Source: Bacteroides ovatus (GTDB lineage: Bacteria; Bacteroidota; Bacteroidia; Bacteroidales; Bacteroidaceae). From it: a stretch of DNA of 64,000 nucleotides. The position numbers and the translations under genes are program-made. The stretch lies in contig JAUUNK010000003.1 in assembly GCA_030844565.1 (NCBI GenBank), forward strand, positions 14,367-78,366. Reading direction: 5' to 3'. Below are positions 62,502-64,000 of the stretch, piece after piece; positions within the stretch are counted from its first letter, which is position 1; every line of letters begins with the position of its first letter. The notes below the pieces were generated by a model that saw nothing but the letters and a program-made list of their open reading frames with translations, made no database searches and was not told the origin of the DNA.

Positions 62502-63836
62502 ATGAATAAAATAATAATATACCTTTTACTCTTAGCGTTCCCTTGCTCCATGCTTGCCTCTCATAAGGAACAGGGAACAGGCAAACGGTTATCCGACGAC
62601 GAGCTGATGACCTTGGTACAGAAACAAACCTTCCGCTACTTCTGGGACTTTGCCCATCCAGAGTCCGGTCTGGCACACGAGCGCAGCAACGGCGATGCCG
62701 AAGTGGCTACCATCGGCGGTTCCGGCTTCGGAGTGATGGCTATCGTGGTGGGCATAGAACGCGGATTTGTCACCCGCCAACAGGGTGCCGAACGCATGTT
62801 GAAAATAGTGCGGTTTCTCAGTGATAAAAGCACCGACAGCTATCACGGCATGTGGGCACACTGGATAAACGGGAAGACAGGAAAGACTATCCCCTTCAGC
62901 CGCAAAGACGATGGGGCGGACATTGTAGAGTCTGCCTTCATGTTTGAAGGACTGCTTGCTGCCCATCAGTACTTCACGCAAGACAACCCCACCGAACGAG
63001 ATATCCGCGGCATCATCAACACCCTCTGGCGCCAAGCGGAATGGGACTTCTTCACCAAAGGCGGAGAAGATGTCCTCTACTGGCACTGGTCGCCCAACAA
63101 CGGATGGGCAATGAACCACCAGATAAAAGGACACAACGAATGCCACATCACCTACATCCTGGCGGCCTCCTCTCCCACCTACCCTATTCGGGAGTCGGTA
63201 TATCACAAGGGATGGGCAAATTCTCCCGTCTTCAAGAATGGCAGGGAACATTATGGTATTAAGCTACCGCTGGGCAACGAAGACGGAAAAGGCGGACCGC
63301 TATTCTTCACCCACTATTCCTATATGGGACTCGACCCGCACGGCTTGAAAGACCGCTATGCCGACTACGAAGAACAGATGAAAGCCCACACGCTGATAAA
63401 CCGCGCCTATTGCATCGAGAACCCGAAAGGATATAAAGGATATGGCGCCAAGTGCTGGGGGCTGACTGCCAGCGACGGCGACAAAGGGTACTCGGCACAC
63501 AGCCCCGGCAACGACCGGGGAGTGATTACTCCCACCGCTGCCCTCTCCTCCATCCCCTACACACCGGAGTACTCGCTGGAAGCCATGCGCTATTTCTATG
63601 AGGAACTGGGCGACCGCCTTTGGGGTGAATATGGTTTCAAGGATGCGTTTAACCTGACAGAGAACTGGTTTGCCCCCTCCTATCTGGCTATCGACCAGGG
63701 ACCGATTATCGTAATGATAGAAAACTACCGCACAGGCTTGCTCTGGAAACTCTTTATGAGCCACCCGGACGTGCAGAAGGGATTGAAAAGATTAGGTTTT
63801 AGTTCTCCTTATTTGGATAAAAGTAGTAAAGATTGA
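62502..63836 (+). CDS. Second GH144 (glucoamylase-like) enzyme with a Sec/SPI signal, probably periplasmic
   Basis: VQKQTFRYFW, SGLAHER, KDDGADIVES, GHNE, GPLFFTHYS, WGLTASD and AIDQGPIIVMIENYRTG. Confidence 0.88.
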   Translation: MNKIIIYLLLLAFPCSMLASHKEQGTGKRLSDDELMTLVQKQTFRYFWDFAHPESGLAHERSNGDAEVATIGGSGFGVMAIVVGIERGFVTRQQGAERMLKIVRFLSDKSTDSYHGMWAHWINGKTGKTIPFSRKDDGADIVESAFMFEGLLAAHQYFTQDNPTERDIRGIINTLWRQAEWDFFTKGGEDVLYWHWSPNNGWAMNHQIKGHNECHITYILAASSPTYPIRESVYHKGWANSPVFKNGREHYGIKLPLGNEDGKGGPLFFTHYSYMGLDPHGLKDRYADYEEQMKAHTLINRAYCIENPKGYKGYGAKCWGLTASDGDKGYSAHSPGNDRGVITPTAALSSIPYTPEYSLEAMRYFYEELGDRLWGEYGFKDAFNLTENWFAPSYLAIDQGPIIVMIENYRTGLLWKLFMSHPDVQKGLKRLGFSSPYLDKSSKD

Positions 63837-63848
63837 ACAGGAGTTACC

Positions 63849-64000
63849 ATGAAAAACACGTTTATCAATAGTGTATTAGCAGCTTCATTTCCTTTCCTGT
63901 CTCCGGTTGTGGCTCAGGAACACAACCGGGGGCAGGAAGCTCCCGGCAGCAACCACCCCAACATCCTTTTTATCATGAGTGACGACCACGCCCGCCAGGC
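63849..64000 (+). CDS. Sulfatase-family (alkaline phosphatase superfamily) protein, 5' part only
   Basis: Manual translation MKNTFINSVLAASFPFLSPVVAQE...HPNILFIMSDDHARQA contains the sulfatase N-terminal PNILFIMSDD motif. Starts 12 bp after the GH144 stop. Confidence 0.78.
   Translation, partial: MKNTFINSVLAASFPFLSPVVAQEHNRGQEAPGSNHPNILFIMSDDHARQ

Overview
This is a Bacteroides-type (Bacteroidota) chromosomal window, judged from its SusC/SusD pairs, hybrid two-component systems (HTCS) and TAnnTTTG promoters. Bases 1-9.2 kb hold housekeeping genes: a partial lipoprotein Tyr-phosphatase, a PfkB kinase, a CBS-less KdsD, a LOG protein, an M16 peptidase, an XRE-S24 LexA/CI-like repressor and a GH2 beta-galactosidase. 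Bases 9.4-12.1 kb are an AT-rich islet with an orphan minimal nucleotidyltransferase, an NVEALA peptide, a membrane-anchored winged-helix regulator, a perfect 16-7-16 inverted repeat and a small divergent transcript. Bases 12.3-49.6 kb are a compound polysaccharide utilisation locus (PUL) with three SusC/D pairs, two HTCS, two GH31s, a GH76 and a GH3. Bases 49.8-64 kb are a probable beta-1,2-glucan PUL: propeller-Y_Y_Y-LuxR regulator, BglX, SusC/D, LamG lipoprotein, two GH144s and the start of a sulfatase. Candidate operators for both regulator types and an 11-bp-periodic palindromic repeat can be read directly from the sequence. I saw no rRNA, tRNA, CRISPR array or transposase. All family calls come from motif recognition by eye, not from database searches.
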